Shown piece after piece: positions 1-9,194 of a stretch of DNA of 64,000 nucleotides. This DNA is from Candidatus Nanoarchaeia archaeon (lineage in GTDB: Archaea; Nanobdellota; Nanobdellia; Woesearchaeales; JANQNE01), in assembly GCA_028279725.1 (NCBI GenBank), contig JANQNE010000011.1:25872-89871 (forward strand), in the 5' to 3' direction. Both the position numbers and the translations under genes were made by a program. Below the pieces are notes generated by a model, which ran no database searches, was not told where the DNA came from, and was given only the letters and a program-made list of their open reading frames with translations. How positions within the stretch are numbered: the stretch's first letter is position 1; each line of letters begins with the position of its first letter.

Positions 1-253
1 TGTAAAGGAACAGATATCCCAGAAAATTAAGGAATGCCCCGAGTAATAATACGATAACAAAGACCTTTGTAAGAGCAATATCTTGGGGATAGAAAAAAGA
101 CCAAATAACCAAAGGAATCACTCCGATAATATAACTGTAAATAAAAGCTCTAAAAGCTCCAATCTTTTCAACAAGATTTTTTGCAAGAAAATCAGAAATT
201 CCCCAGGAAAACATGGTCAAGATCCCAAAGATAATACCTGTTGAAAGTACCAT
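1..253 (-). CDS. EamA/DMT-type transporter-like membrane protein, 5' fragment (gene continues past window start)
   Basis: Minus-strand ATG at 253, open to position 1. Translation MVLSTGIIFGILTMFSWGISDFLAKNLVEKIGAFRAFIYSYIIGVIPLVIWSFFY gives hydrophobic helices with an FSWG motif typical of EamA repeats. Not in the ORF track because it is truncated. Confidence 0.5.
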   Translation of the reverse strand, partial: MVLSTGIIFGILTMFSWGISDFLAKNLVEKIGAFRAFIYSYIIGVIPLVIWSFFYPQDIALTKVFVIVLLLGAFLNFLGYLFLY

Positions 254-418
254 TATTGTTTATATTTGGATTCTATTTATATATTTAACTGAATTTTATA
301 AATCAGAAATAAGTAATTATAAAGAACCCCTTTTTAATTAAATTTGATACTGTTTCATTAAATTTGTTGTCAATACTTAAGGACAAATCTTTTAAGTAAC
401 TTACTGATCCCAAAGGAT

Positions 419-733
419 ATGCCGGAATTAGAAAAAATAGCAAAAAAAGGATGTCCCAGGAAAGGGGATTGTAATTATTTAGATACTTTATCAGAACTAC
501 TCAGCAAAGCAGACCATGAAGCTAAGTATTGCAACAATGGACATCATCCAGAATGCGAAGGGAATCTGAAGAAGACTGAAAATCAAACTCTGAATTTGGC
601 TCCTTTACCTGAAGAACAAAGTCCTTTTCCCTACGAGAGAAGAAGGGAAGGATTAAGGAATTATATCTGGAGAGGCGTTCGTAATGCAGTGGATGAGTTT
701 CAAAGGTATGGAGCTTTTTTCTTTAGTAGATAG
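419..733 (+). CDS. hypothetical small Cys/His-containing protein
   Basis: 104-aa ORF with no competing ORF on the other strand. No recognisable motif. Confidence 0.3.
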   Translation: MPELEKIAKKGCPRKGDCNYLDTLSELLSKADHEAKYCNNGHHPECEGNLKKTENQTLNLAPLPEEQSPFPYERRREGLRNYIWRGVRNAVDEFQRYGAFFFSR

Positions 734-765
734 ATTTATATATAAATTTCTTCTATAGCCGTAAT

Positions 766-1881
766 ATGAAGAGGGTTACGCTTGATAAGAGGCTATTCAG
801 GGCAGTTATCATAATAGTTGTTATAGCTGGAATAATGCCTTTCTTTTTTAGAAGCTGGGATAACCTGTTTATCCTTGAAAATCTTACAAATGAGTCTGGA
901 TTAAAGAATATTTCTGCTGGGAACAATACGTGTGAGTTTGAATGCTGTGAAAGCGGTCCTGTTATAAAATATTGTAAGGGAAACATGAAGTGTGAAGGAA
1001 ATAAATGTGTAAAGAAGAAATGTCCTTTTGAATGCTGTCCTGGAACAGATTTTATCAGAAAAGACTGCAATAAAGGATTTGCATGCGTAAACAATGTATG
1101 CAGATATGCGAAAGAGCTTTGCGGCAATGGAGAATGTGATGAAGATCATCTTGAATGTGAGTATTGTAAAGATGAATGCATGTTTGACCATCCAGATGGG
1201 ACTTCTGCTGCATTGAACTATTATTGGAACGAGACAGGAACATGCAGGCCGTATATAAATCCTGAAAATGTAGAATGGTTTATAGACCCTGATGATAAAC
1301 TAGTTGAAGTTACTGTTGACAGCAATATATTGTCACTGCCAGGGCATATGTGGAGCTATTTTGAGCTTGCACAGCAATGGGTTATAGAGAATATCGAAGA
1401 TAATGAATCTGATGTTCCTTATCCTACTCCTACAGAAACATTGGTGAAAAGGAAAGGAGGAGATAGGGAAAGAGCATTTTTGATGACATCTATGTTTTTG
1501 GATATAGTGCAGAAGGCCGGATTATTCCAGTATGAGAACTCAACAAATACAACTTATGAGATAAAAGCGATTTCTTTTCCAACTGAGGATGGAGAGCATT
1601 ATTTTGTTGTTGTCCAGTTTGACGGATTCCAGAGCATATATGATACAAATGAAGTATTTACAAAGATGGCTTATACAAATCAAGAGGTTGTCGAAGTGTG
1701 GGATGAGCTATTTATGAAGTATGGTGTTATCTCTCCAAAAGCTGAGAAACAGATGAGCCATGATTATCTTGTCTATCAGAAGAGCTATGGCGGAAAGTAT
1801 ATGCTTCCTTTTATCTACATAGGAAATCCTGTAGATATCGAGCTTACACAGCAAAGAAATTCAACTGCTGAAGAAATTTAG
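766..1881 (+). CDS. membrane-anchored cysteine-rich extracellular protein
   Basis: TATA-like tttatatataaa lies about 25 nt upstream. N-terminal hydrophobic helix AVIIIVVIAGIMPFFF. Dense Cys modules (CEFECCESGP, CPFECCPG, CGNGECDEDHLECEYCKDEC) are followed by a ~230-aa globular domain. Confidence 0.6.
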   Translation: MKRVTLDKRLFRAVIIIVVIAGIMPFFFRSWDNLFILENLTNESGLKNISAGNNTCEFECCESGPVIKYCKGNMKCEGNKCVKKKCPFECCPGTDFIRKDCNKGFACVNNVCRYAKELCGNGECDEDHLECEYCKDECMFDHPDGTSAALNYYWNETGTCRPYINPENVEWFIDPDDKLVEVTVDSNILSLPGHMWSYFELAQQWVIENIEDNESDVPYPTPTETLVKRKGGDRERAFLMTSMFLDIVQKAGLFQYENSTNTTYEIKAISFPTEDGEHYFVVVQFDGFQSIYDTNEVFTKMAYTNQEVVEVWDELFMKYGVISPKAEKQMSHDYLVYQKSYGGKYMLPFIYIGNPVDIELTQQRNSTAEEI

Positions 1882-2336
1882 AAAATATAGTCTTTTTTTC
1901 TCTTTTTGTCCCCTTTAATCGATACATGGACATTAAGGCTTCTTTGTAGTGCGTCTTTAATGATCTTTTTTGACTCTCTGAACAGTTCTGCCCTGTGGGA
2001 TTTGCTTATATCTGAGAATTTCCTGCTTAGCTTGTCTTGCAGAGCTGCAAAATCTTTTTCAAATTCCTTTTTTACTAATTTTTGCTTTTCTGCAAAGTAT
2101 TTCTTGACTTCATCCATGATCTCTTTCTTTATCTTGGATAGGTTGGCTGTCTTTTTTATGACTTCAGCCTCTTTTTTCATTGCTCTTAGCATTATTGCAA
2201 GCTCTTTCTTTGTCTCTGAGAAATTTGTGTAGTGCTTTTCAACATCCTGGCTAACTTTTTCTGCTTTATCAAATACCTTATCAACCGTCTCTTTTGTCTT
2301 CCTTAATTTGGATTGTATGTATCCTTCCTCAGTCAT
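1878..2336 (-). CDS. hypothetical Lys/Glu-rich coiled-coil protein
   Basis: The track ORF runs to 2432 and would then overlap the dapF start head-to-head. The internal Met (MTEEGYIQSK) at 2336 sits about 27 nt from a minus-strand TATA (atttaaatac, 2361-2370), so the shorter leaderless form is preferred. Confidence 0.45.
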   Translation of the reverse strand: MTEEGYIQSKLRKTKETVDKVFDKAEKVSQDVEKHYTNFSETKKELAIMLRAMKKEAEVIKKTANLSKIKKEIMDEVKKYFAEKQKLVKKEFEKDFAALQDKLSRKFSDISKSHRAELFRESKKIIKDALQRSLNVHVSIKGDKKRKKDYIF

Positions 2337-2360
2337 TTTATGGTGTTTTAAGGCAGGATG

Positions 2361-2400
2361 GTATTTAAATGTTGGTTTTTGACAGCAATCTTTATAAATA
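2361..2400. promoter_or_regulatory. divergent TATA-box promoter pair (leaderless dapF operon and minus-strand coiled-coil gene)
   Basis: tttataaata at 2391-2400 is centred about 27 nt before the dapF ATG (2422). gtatttaaat at 2361-2370 is centred about 27-30 nt before the minus-strand ATG at 2336. Confidence 0.4.
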
Positions 2401-2421
2401 GCCAGTTTTTCTGCTCTAGCT

Positions 2422-3240
2422 ATGAAATTCACGAAGATGAATGCTCTGGGAAACGATATTATAGTGATAAATGGGATAGAAGAGAAGATTGAGAAGGATT
2501 ATTCTGAGCTAGCTATAGACCTCTGCAGAAGAAAATATGGGATAGGTGGAGATGGGATAGTGATAATAGAGAAAAGCGATAAGGCTGATGTCAAGATGAG
2601 AGTGTTTAATCCTGATGGTTCTGAAGGAGGGATAAGCATCAATGGAGCCAGGTGTGCTGCAAAATATGCTTTTGATCATGGGATGGCCAATAAGAAAGGC
2701 ATGACTATAGAGGCACAGAAAAGAGTTATGAATGCAGCACTGGAAGATGAGATGGTAGTTGATGTTGGAGAGCCTATATTAGATAGGAAAGAGATACCTA
2801 TGCTTGGAGAAGGAGAGAAAGTTGTTAATGAGCAGCTAGTTTTAAGTGACAGGATAGTAAGGATCACTGCATTATCCCTGGATAACCCTCATTGCGTTAT
2901 ATTTGTAGATGATCTGGCTGAATATGCTTTTGAAGAAGAGGGAAAGATCATAGAGAATCATGAGAGTTTTCCAAAGAGGACAAATGTTGAATTTGTTCAA
3001 GTGAATAATGAAGATGAGATCACTATACGAGTCTGGGAAAGAGGAGTTGGAACAACATTGAGCTGCGGAACCGGAGCTTGTGCATCAGTTGTTGCTGGTG
3101 TTTTGAATGAAAAGACAAATAGGAATGTTACAGTCCACATGGCTGGTGGGAATGTTAAGGTTGAATGGGATGAAAAGACAAACCATATAAAGATCACTGG
3201 CTCAGTTGAATATAATTTTGAAGGAGAAGTGAAAAGATAA
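2422..3240 (+). CDS. dapF: diaminopimelate epimerase family protein (first catalytic Cys replaced by Ser)
   Basis: NALGNDIIVI, FNPDGSEGGISINGARC and GVGTTLSCGTGACA match DapF signature regions. The canonical DGSE...CGNGxRC reads SINGARC here. Confidence 0.75.
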   Translation: MKFTKMNALGNDIIVINGIEEKIEKDYSELAIDLCRRKYGIGGDGIVIIEKSDKADVKMRVFNPDGSEGGISINGARCAAKYAFDHGMANKKGMTIEAQKRVMNAALEDEMVVDVGEPILDRKEIPMLGEGEKVVNEQLVLSDRIVRITALSLDNPHCVIFVDDLAEYAFEEEGKIIENHESFPKRTNVEFVQVNNEDEITIRVWERGVGTTLSCGTGACASVVAGVLNEKTNRNVTVHMAGGNVKVEWDEKTNHIKITGSVEYNFEGEVKR

Positions 3241-4889
3241 TGGCAGAAGAAAATATCCATTGGGCAGACCAGATCGCTAAGGAAGTTAAGGAAAGGGTTG
3301 AGAAAGATCCTGTTCTTAAGAAGATTGTTGAAGAGAAGGGATTTATCGTATATGATGAGAAGACGCCATCTGGCACGATACATATAGGGTCTGGAAGAGG
3401 ATGGATAATACATGATGTTATCGCTAAGGCTATGAGAGATTTGGGGTTGAAAGCTAAGTTTATATTGAGTTCAGATGATATTGATCCTTATGACAAGCCG
3501 AACAAAGAACTGCCTAAGAGTTATGATAAATATCTAGGGATGCCTTTTAGGAATATTCCTTCACCTTTTGAAGGATATAAGAGCTTTGCAGACTATTATT
3601 TTATGCAGGTTGTTGAGAAGTTTGAAGAGATAGGCATAGAATGTGAGATACAGAGCACTGGTGAGCAGTATGAAAAGGGAACTTTTAATGCAGCGATAAA
3701 GAAAGTTTTGGATAATTCTGATACAATAAAGGAGATTTTTGAGGAAACTTATAGTAAAGAGTATAATAAGATCCCTTTTAATGTGATATGTGAGAAATGC
3801 GGAAAGATAGCAACTACAAAAGCGACAAAATGGGATAAAGAGAATGAGCTTTTGACATATAAGTGTGAGAAGAATCTTGTTGACTGGGCTGAAGGATGCG
3901 GTCATGAAGGACAGATAAGCCCTTATGATGGAAACGGGAAGCTTCCCTGGAAAGTTGAGTGGGCTGCTAAATGGCCTTCAGTCGGTGTTGTATGTGAGTT
4001 TGCCGGCAAAGATCATTTTACTGCTGGAGGTTCAAGAACTATTTCTATAGCAATAGCTGATCAGGTGTTAGATTTTCCACCACCTTATCCATCTACAAGA
4101 GAGGAGACAGGAAAAGGTTATGAGTTCTTTAATGTTGGCGGAAAGAAGATGAGCACTTCTAAAGGAAAGGGTTTTGGATTTGCTGAGATGTTCAATTATA
4201 TTCCTGCGCAGATTATTAGATATTTGTTGGTTAAGACTAGGCCGCATGCTGTGCTTGATTTTGATCCTGAAGGAAGAAATGATATGATACTTCTTTATGA
4301 AAGGTTTGATAGGGCAGAGAGGATGTATTTTGGAGAAGAGACTGATGATAACAAGAATGAAGTTGCAAACCAGAAGAGAATATATGAGTTAGCGCATGTT
4401 GGGGATATTCCTGACAGGATGCCTAAGCAGATACCATTTACTTTAGCTGCAACAGTTATACAAGTTGGATTAAGTGAGGAGAAAGCCATAGAGATATTGA
4501 AGAAAACAGGACATGTTGATGAAAATATTGAAGGGATGGATCTTCATTATGTACTGCAGAGATTAAGGGATGCAAAGAGATGGATAGAAAGGTTTGCTCC
4601 AGAGCAATATAAGTTTCAGGTGCAGGATAAATTAGCTGAAGGTATTGAGATTGATGATAAAGAGAAAGAAGTTCTTAAGAAGGTTATTGCTGAGCTTGAT
4701 AATGAGCTGGGTGAGGAAGAATTGCATAATAAATTCTGGGAATTATGCCAGGAAAATGATGTTAAACCAAAGGATTTTTTTAAAGCAGCGTATCAAGTGC
4801 TTATCAATAAAGATAGGGGACCAAAGTTAGCAGGTTTTATGCTTTCTATTGACAAAGATAAGGTTAAGAAACTTATTGAGAGTTTGTAA
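3240..4889 (+). CDS. lysS: lysyl-tRNA synthetase, class I (archaeal type)
   Basis: PSGTIHIGSGRG (HIGH-like) and KMSTSKG (KMSKS-like), 549 aa, class I LysRS layout. The start overlaps the dapF stop (TAATG). Confidence 0.9.
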   Translation: MAEENIHWADQIAKEVKERVEKDPVLKKIVEEKGFIVYDEKTPSGTIHIGSGRGWIIHDVIAKAMRDLGLKAKFILSSDDIDPYDKPNKELPKSYDKYLGMPFRNIPSPFEGYKSFADYYFMQVVEKFEEIGIECEIQSTGEQYEKGTFNAAIKKVLDNSDTIKEIFEETYSKEYNKIPFNVICEKCGKIATTKATKWDKENELLTYKCEKNLVDWAEGCGHEGQISPYDGNGKLPWKVEWAAKWPSVGVVCEFAGKDHFTAGGSRTISIAIADQVLDFPPPYPSTREETGKGYEFFNVGGKKMSTSKGKGFGFAEMFNYIPAQIIRYLLVKTRPHAVLDFDPEGRNDMILLYERFDRAERMYFGEETDDNKNEVANQKRIYELAHVGDIPDRMPKQIPFTLAATVIQVGLSEEKAIEILKKTGHVDENIEGMDLHYVLQRLRDAKRWIERFAPEQYKFQVQDKLAEGIEIDDKEKEVLKKVIAELDNELGEEELHNKFWELCQENDVKPKDFFKAAYQVLINKDRGPKLAGFMLSIDKDKVKKLIESL

Positions 4890-5294
4890 ATGACTTCTGA
4901 ATTTAGTGCTTTAGGAAAGAAGGTTGATTATAAGTATGATAAGCCAGATGCTTCTTTATTGGAAAGTTTTGATAATAAGCATCCTGAGAATAATTATGTG
5001 GTTAAGTTAGAATGCAATGAATTTACAGCAATATGTCCTGTAACTGGACAGCCTGATTTTGCTAAGATCGATATTGAATATATTCCTGATTCTAAGTTAG
5101 TTGAGAGTAAGTCACTAAAATTGTATCTTTTTTCTTTCAGAAATCATGGAGAGTTCCATGAAGACTGTGTGAACAGGATCGCTAATGATATTTGGAGTTT
5201 ATTAGAGCCAAAATGGATAAAAGTTACAGGAAATTTCAATTCTAGAGGAGGAATCGCTATAGTTCCTGTTGTAGAAAAAGGAAAAAAAGATTAA
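4890..5294 (+). CDS. queF: NADPH-dependent 7-cyano-7-deazaguanine (preQ0) reductase, unimodular QueF type
   Basis: [10 protein letters not shown] (catalytic Cys) and the QueF motif [20 protein letters not shown]. Confidence 0.85.
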   Translation: MTSEFSALGKKVDYKYDKPDASLLESFDNKHPENNYVVKLECNEFTAICPVTGQPDFAKIDIEYIPDSKLVESKSLKLYLFSFRNHGEFHEDCVNRIANDIWSLLEPKWIKVTGNFNSRGGIAIVPVVEKGKKD

Positions 5295-5647
5295 GGCCTG
5301 TCAAATCCGAAAGAATAATATTCTCCATCTTTGGTCCTTAATTTAACTCCACCTGAATTTATCTTATATCCTTCAAGATGTTTTTCAAGAGTTCCCTGGA
5401 TCACTATCTCTTTTCCTTTTGATTCTGATTCTTTCATATAACTCAGAGCAGATGTATCTCCAAACCAAAAATCTCTCTGGACTCTTATAGGTATCTGGTT
5501 TCCATTGTCATGTAAAACAGCATTATACCAGAAGAACTTATGCGGTGTTATGTCTTTAACAACTCCTGGAACTTCAACCCTGATATCTTTCCTTATCAGG
5601 TGATCTCCTAATTCATCTATTCTGCACTCATGATACTGTTTTTTCAT
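5291..5647 (-). CDS. hypothetical protein
   Basis: 118-aa ORF with compact spacing to serA. No recognisable motif. Confidence 0.5.
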   Translation of the reverse strand: MKKQYHECRIDELGDHLIRKDIRVEVPGVVKDITPHKFFWYNAVLHDNGNQIPIRVQRDFWFGDTSALSYMKESESKGKEIVIQGTLEKHLEGYKINSGGVKLRTKDGEYYSFGFDRP

Positions 5648-5659
5648 TTGTATTCCCCC

Positions 5660-7354
5660 TTATCTGAAGCTTACATGTTTCTGTAAATATACCTGAATAC
5701 CTTTATGGTTTAGATCTTGTTTCATCTCTTTCATCGCTTCTTCCGACAGTGGTTTGTCTGTTGAGAATGTTGCAAGAGATATTGATTTATCTTGTCTTTC
5801 TGTAATGTTCATGAACCCTATATTTACACCATATTTTTCTATTATTTTACCAACTGTAGCAACCATTCCTGGTTTGTTATCATATTCTATCAAGAATTTG
5901 TCTCCTTCGGGGATAATGTTGACCCTACTATACCCATCTATCCTCTGTATTAATGAACCTTCGTCCCCAATTGTTCCTCTGACGCTGTGTTTTTTTCTTT
6001 GACCGCCTTCTTCTTCAGTTATTATGTCAACAGTTATTGCGTTGTAATCTTTTGATTCGTATGGTTTTCTTCCTTTTACATCAATTCCTTGTTCGTCAGC
6101 AATTTCCATTGCGTTGACAGTGCTTGTCTGAGGTACTCTTGTCCTTAGGACTCCTTTTGTTATAAAGTTTCCAAATAATTCTGTGTGTTTGTTAAGTTCA
6201 TTATAGCATGTATATTCAATCGCTACAACATGCTTGTTTCCTTCTTCAACCTGCGCTATATTTGCACACAAGTAACCGATCCTATCTGCAAGATCTAAAT
6301 ATCTCGCATCTATATCATCGGGAATCCTTGCAAAGTTAACAGCGTTTTTTAATCTTCCATTTACTAATAGTTCTGCGATATTAGATGCTGTCTCTTTTGC
6401 AACTCTTTCAGAAGCTCCAGGTGTTGATGCTCCTAGATGCGGAGATAATTTTAATCTATTTAAATATTTTTTCTGTAAAAATTTATATTTTCCTTCTTCA
6501 TAGTTCTCTTCAAACTTTTTCTCCCCTTTGAATACATCTAAACAAACCCTGCTTTTTGATTTATTATCTAAGAGATACCCTATAGCTCCTTCTTCAATTA
6601 TGTCTCCTCTTGAAGTATTTATCAATGTAAGATTATCTTTTGCTCTGGAAAGCACTTCTTTGTTTATGCTGTCTTTAGTCTTGTCTGTCAAAGGAGCGTG
6701 TATAGTCATATAATCTGATTTTTCTACTAATTCATTCAAAGAAACTAGCTTGACACCCATCTTTTCTGCCATCTCTTTGCTTGCAAATGGATCATATGCA
6801 AGTATTTCCATGCCAAATGCTTTTGCTCTTGTTGCAACACCTTTTCCGATATTGCCTAAACCATATATTCCCATTGTTTTTCCATAGACTTCCGTTGGCT
6901 TTGGCTTTTCCCCAATATCTTTGTCAGTCTTTTTAGCCCAAATTCCTAATTTTGATGTATTATCATAGAAATCTAGTTCAGCAGCTGAATTTAATGTGAA
7001 AGCCATAACTCTTTCAGCAACTGATATTATATTTGCTTCTGGTGTATTACATACTGCAACCCCATGTTTCTTTGCAGCTTCTAAATCTATATTATCAACA
7101 CCAACACCACCTCTGACTATAATTTCAAGATTTTTAGATGGAGCAGCTGCTTCTATTATATCAGCAGTCACTTTTGGATTAGAACGAACTGCAAGAGCGT
7201 TAGCTCCTTTTAATTTTGATATAAGATCTTCTTTGTCGATCTTTGGGTCAACTCTTTCTACAGAGTCTCTAGAAATTCCAAGAGCTTCAAGCTCCGATTC
7301 AAATGATTTGTTGAAATCGCTTGAGATGACAACTTTATAGTTTGTTTCCATCAA
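5660..7354 (-). CDS. serA: D-3-phosphoglycerate dehydrogenase, long form with C-terminal ACT domain
   Basis: GLGNIGKGVATRAKAFGMEILAYDP (NAD fold), SPHLGAST, C-terminal PGMVATVGKIIEKYGVNI (ACT-like). 564 aa. Confidence 0.85.
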   Translation of the reverse strand: MMETNYKVVISSDFNKSFESELEALGISRDSVERVDPKIDKEDLISKLKGANALAVRSNPKVTADIIEAAAPSKNLEIIVRGGVGVDNIDLEAAKKHGVAVCNTPEANIISVAERVMAFTLNSAAELDFYDNTSKLGIWAKKTDKDIGEKPKPTEVYGKTMGIYGLGNIGKGVATRAKAFGMEILAYDPFASKEMAEKMGVKLVSLNELVEKSDYMTIHAPLTDKTKDSINKEVLSRAKDNLTLINTSRGDIIEEGAIGYLLDNKSKSRVCLDVFKGEKKFEENYEEGKYKFLQKKYLNRLKLSPHLGASTPGASERVAKETASNIAELLVNGRLKNAVNFARIPDDIDARYLDLADRIGYLCANIAQVEEGNKHVVAIEYTCYNELNKHTELFGNFITKGVLRTRVPQTSTVNAMEIADEQGIDVKGRKPYESKDYNAITVDIITEEEGGQRKKHSVRGTIGDEGSLIQRIDGYSRVNIIPEGDKFLIEYDNKPGMVATVGKIIEKYGVNIGFMNITERQDKSISLATFSTDKPLSEEAMKEMKQDLNHKGIQVYLQKHVSFR

Positions 7355-7382
7355 AATCCCCCTTTATTCTCTGAGAAAGCCC

Positions 7383-7404
7383 AGAGGTGTGTCTTATCAC
7401 CTCT
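7383..7404 (-). promoter_or_regulatory. perfect 7-bp hairpin/palindrome in the serA 5' leader
   Basis: AGAGGTG (7383-7389) and CACCTCT (7398-7404) flank an 8-nt loop. It lies between a minus-strand TATA (tttatataa) and the serA ATG. Confidence 0.3.
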
Positions 7405-7446
7405 TTGTCTGGATATTTGATGAGGTATTATATAAACCTTACCAAT

Positions 7447-7722
7447 TTACTTAGAAAGCTTTGCTTTTATGCTGTCTCTTTCTGCTTCAATCTTTTTTAG
7501 TTCTGCTTTTTTCCCTTCCAGGTATTTTATCATCTCTTCTCTTCCTTCTCTTAGCTCCTGTATCTTTAATTGAGCCTGTTCAGCAGCATCTCTTGCATCA
7601 ATAAGGAGTTCAAGCTCACTTTTTGGAGCTTTTGTAGTATCAGCTTTTATCTGAGTGGAGTCTCCACCGTAAGTCATGGAGTAAATAAAATAAGGTATGA
7701 TCAATAGATATTTTCCGTACAT
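7447..7722 (-). CDS. small secreted/membrane-anchored coiled-coil protein
   Basis: N-terminal hydrophobic segment YLLIIPYFIYSM followed by a charged helical region. In line with the upstream operon. Confidence 0.4.
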   Translation of the reverse strand: MYGKYLLIIPYFIYSMTYGGDSTQIKADTTKAPKSELELLIDARDAAEQAQLKIQELREGREEMIKYLEGKKAELKKIEAERDSIKAKLSK

Positions 7723-7747
7723 GAAAGGTAGAAAGCAAGTAAAATAT

Positions 7748-8314
7748 TTAAATCTTTTTGAGGCTTTTTAAAACCTCGGAAGGAGATTTTTCCTCGAATT
7801 CTTTTGAATATTCTTTATATTCATCTGTCTCTTTTAGGAATTGGTTTATGAGATGGAGTGCCTGTGCACTTGTATAGTTAAGACAGTTTAGGATGTGTTT
7901 CATGCAGTTCTTTTCTGTGAATTTGCAGTATTTATCTTCTGGCTCTATGAAGATCTTCAGTTCTCCGTCAATCCTTCTGAAACCAATAGGAAAGATCTTG
8001 CATATCAGTGGTCTGACTGGATAGACAATGCATTTTTTGTCTTCTAAGAAGATGCATTCTTTGTTTTCTTTGCTTTTTAGCTGGAGGACTTTTCCATTGT
8101 CACAGTATTCAAAATAAGAATGGTCGCGGTCTTCCATAACTTCTTTCTGCTCTTCTGGATCCTGGCATATCGGGCCATAGAAACAGAATTCTTCTATCTT
8201 TTTTCCAGTATGCTTTGATATCCTGTCTGCATCTCTTAGTGTAAGAAATGTCCCGTAATCTCCAATACAGCAATGTTCTTTGCATGTCTCACAAGGATGC
8301 TTATTCTGGCTCAA
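7748..8314 (-). CDS. YkgJ/UPF0153-type cysteine-cluster (Fe-S or Zn) protein
   Basis: CETCKEHCC (CxxCxxxCC) plus CIFLEDKKCIVYPVRPLICKIFP, the signature of the CxxCxxCC family. Overlaps the upstream gene by 14 nt. Confidence 0.7.
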   Translation of the reverse strand: MSQNKHPCETCKEHCCIGDYGTFLTLRDADRISKHTGKKIEEFCFYGPICQDPEEQKEVMEDRDHSYFEYCDNGKVLQLKSKENKECIFLEDKKCIVYPVRPLICKIFPIGFRRIDGELKIFIEPEDKYCKFTEKNCMKHILNCLNYTSAQALHLINQFLKETDEYKEYSKEFEEKSPSEVLKSLKKI

Positions 8315-9194
8315 AGTTGATCCACTCCCATTGTTTTGTCTCTTCTAAATTCCAAAGTTTCTTCCAGCCTGAATCACCCGACATAAAATCAATCTTTTTT
8401 GCTTTTAATTTTATTGCATTCTTTATATGTTCTGCTATAAGAAGCTTTCCTAAGTTCTTGATATCTGTGTTTGTTCCTCCGTCAAGGACATAGTAGACGT
8501 TATTGTAGAATATGGCTATTTCAGCAGCTTCTGTCTTGTTGCTGATCTTTATCGATAACATGTGAAGCATATCTTTTTCTTTTGCTGTTTCAACAAGTTT
8601 TTTCATGCTTTCTTCAAATCCATCCTGAAGATAGTTTGAATCTTCCCTAAATCTTTGTTTGTTAAGCTCTACAAGTGTCTTAAAGTCGTCTATGTTGTTC
8701 CATACTGTGCTGTAGTTCAGCTCTTCAAGATGCCTTAGGTCATATTTTATGTTTTTTCTGTGTTTTTTGCTGAAAGATGCAAAATAAGAGTCTATATCTG
8801 GAAAGTCCTCTATATTTAGTGAGAAGGATACATCGCATTCTTTTGGATCAGGAAAATATTCTTTCTCAGAATCATCTATGTATTCTATATTCATGTCTTC
8901 TGGGAATGAGTTAAGGAAATCTTTGATATGTTCTTTGTTTTTTATGAAGAATCTCCTTCTTTCAGGATAGTTTCCACCAAAGAATGCATGGAAATCATTA
9001 TCTCCTTCGTACTGTAATGGGAGCAGACCTATCTCTTTTCCTTCCTGGTAACCTACTACGAAAAAGAACTGATTAATCTTTGGATTGAAGAAGCAATGGT
9101 TGAACTCCCAAAGATCCCATAGTATCTCTTTTGGGCTGTATTTATCCCAAAGCTTCTTACAGTCTTCAAGTTTTGTGAAGGATTTAAATTCCAT
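8301..9194 (-). CDS. GNAT-fold acyl/aminoacyl-transferase, FemAB/CelD-like (Acetyltransf_6-like)
   Basis: C-terminal AEIAIFYNNVYYVLDGGTN...GKLLIAEHIKNAIKLKAKKIDFMSGDSGWKKLW resembles the CelD/BioF2-like GNAT pattern (xDFxxGxxxYKxxW). Overlaps its neighbours at both ends. Confidence 0.55.
   Translation of the reverse strand: MEFKSFTKLEDCKKLWDKYSPKEILWDLWEFNHCFFNPKINQFFFVVGYQEGKEIGLLPLQYEGDNDFHAFFGGNYPERRRFFIKNKEHIKDFLNSFPEDMNIEYIDDSEKEYFPDPKECDVSFSLNIEDFPDIDSYFASFSKKHRKNIKYDLRHLEELNYSTVWNNIDDFKTLVELNKQRFREDSNYLQDGFEESMKKLVETAKEKDMLHMLSIKISNKTEAAEIAIFYNNVYYVLDGGTNTDIKNLGKLLIAEHIKNAIKLKAKKIDFMSGDSGWKKLWNLEETKQWEWINFEPE

Noticed and set aside
753-1243. ORFs 753..1127, 901..1191 and 1055..1243 on the minus strand, and dozens of similar 60-150-aa track ORFs antisense to or out of frame with long genes (for example 2676..2867, 3561..3905, 25608..25925, 29391..29872, 33338..33688, 62401..63231).
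   Set aside because: They lie entirely inside longer ORFs that have clear family motifs. They have Ser/Leu/Phe/Ile-rich shadow-frame composition, which is expected opposite Lys/Glu-rich AT-rich genes, and no start signals.
1878-2432. Full-length 184-aa version of the minus-strand coiled-coil ORF.
   Set aside because: It would overlap the dapF start head-to-head and cover both TATA boxes. The internal Met at 2336 fits the leaderless promoter geometry better.
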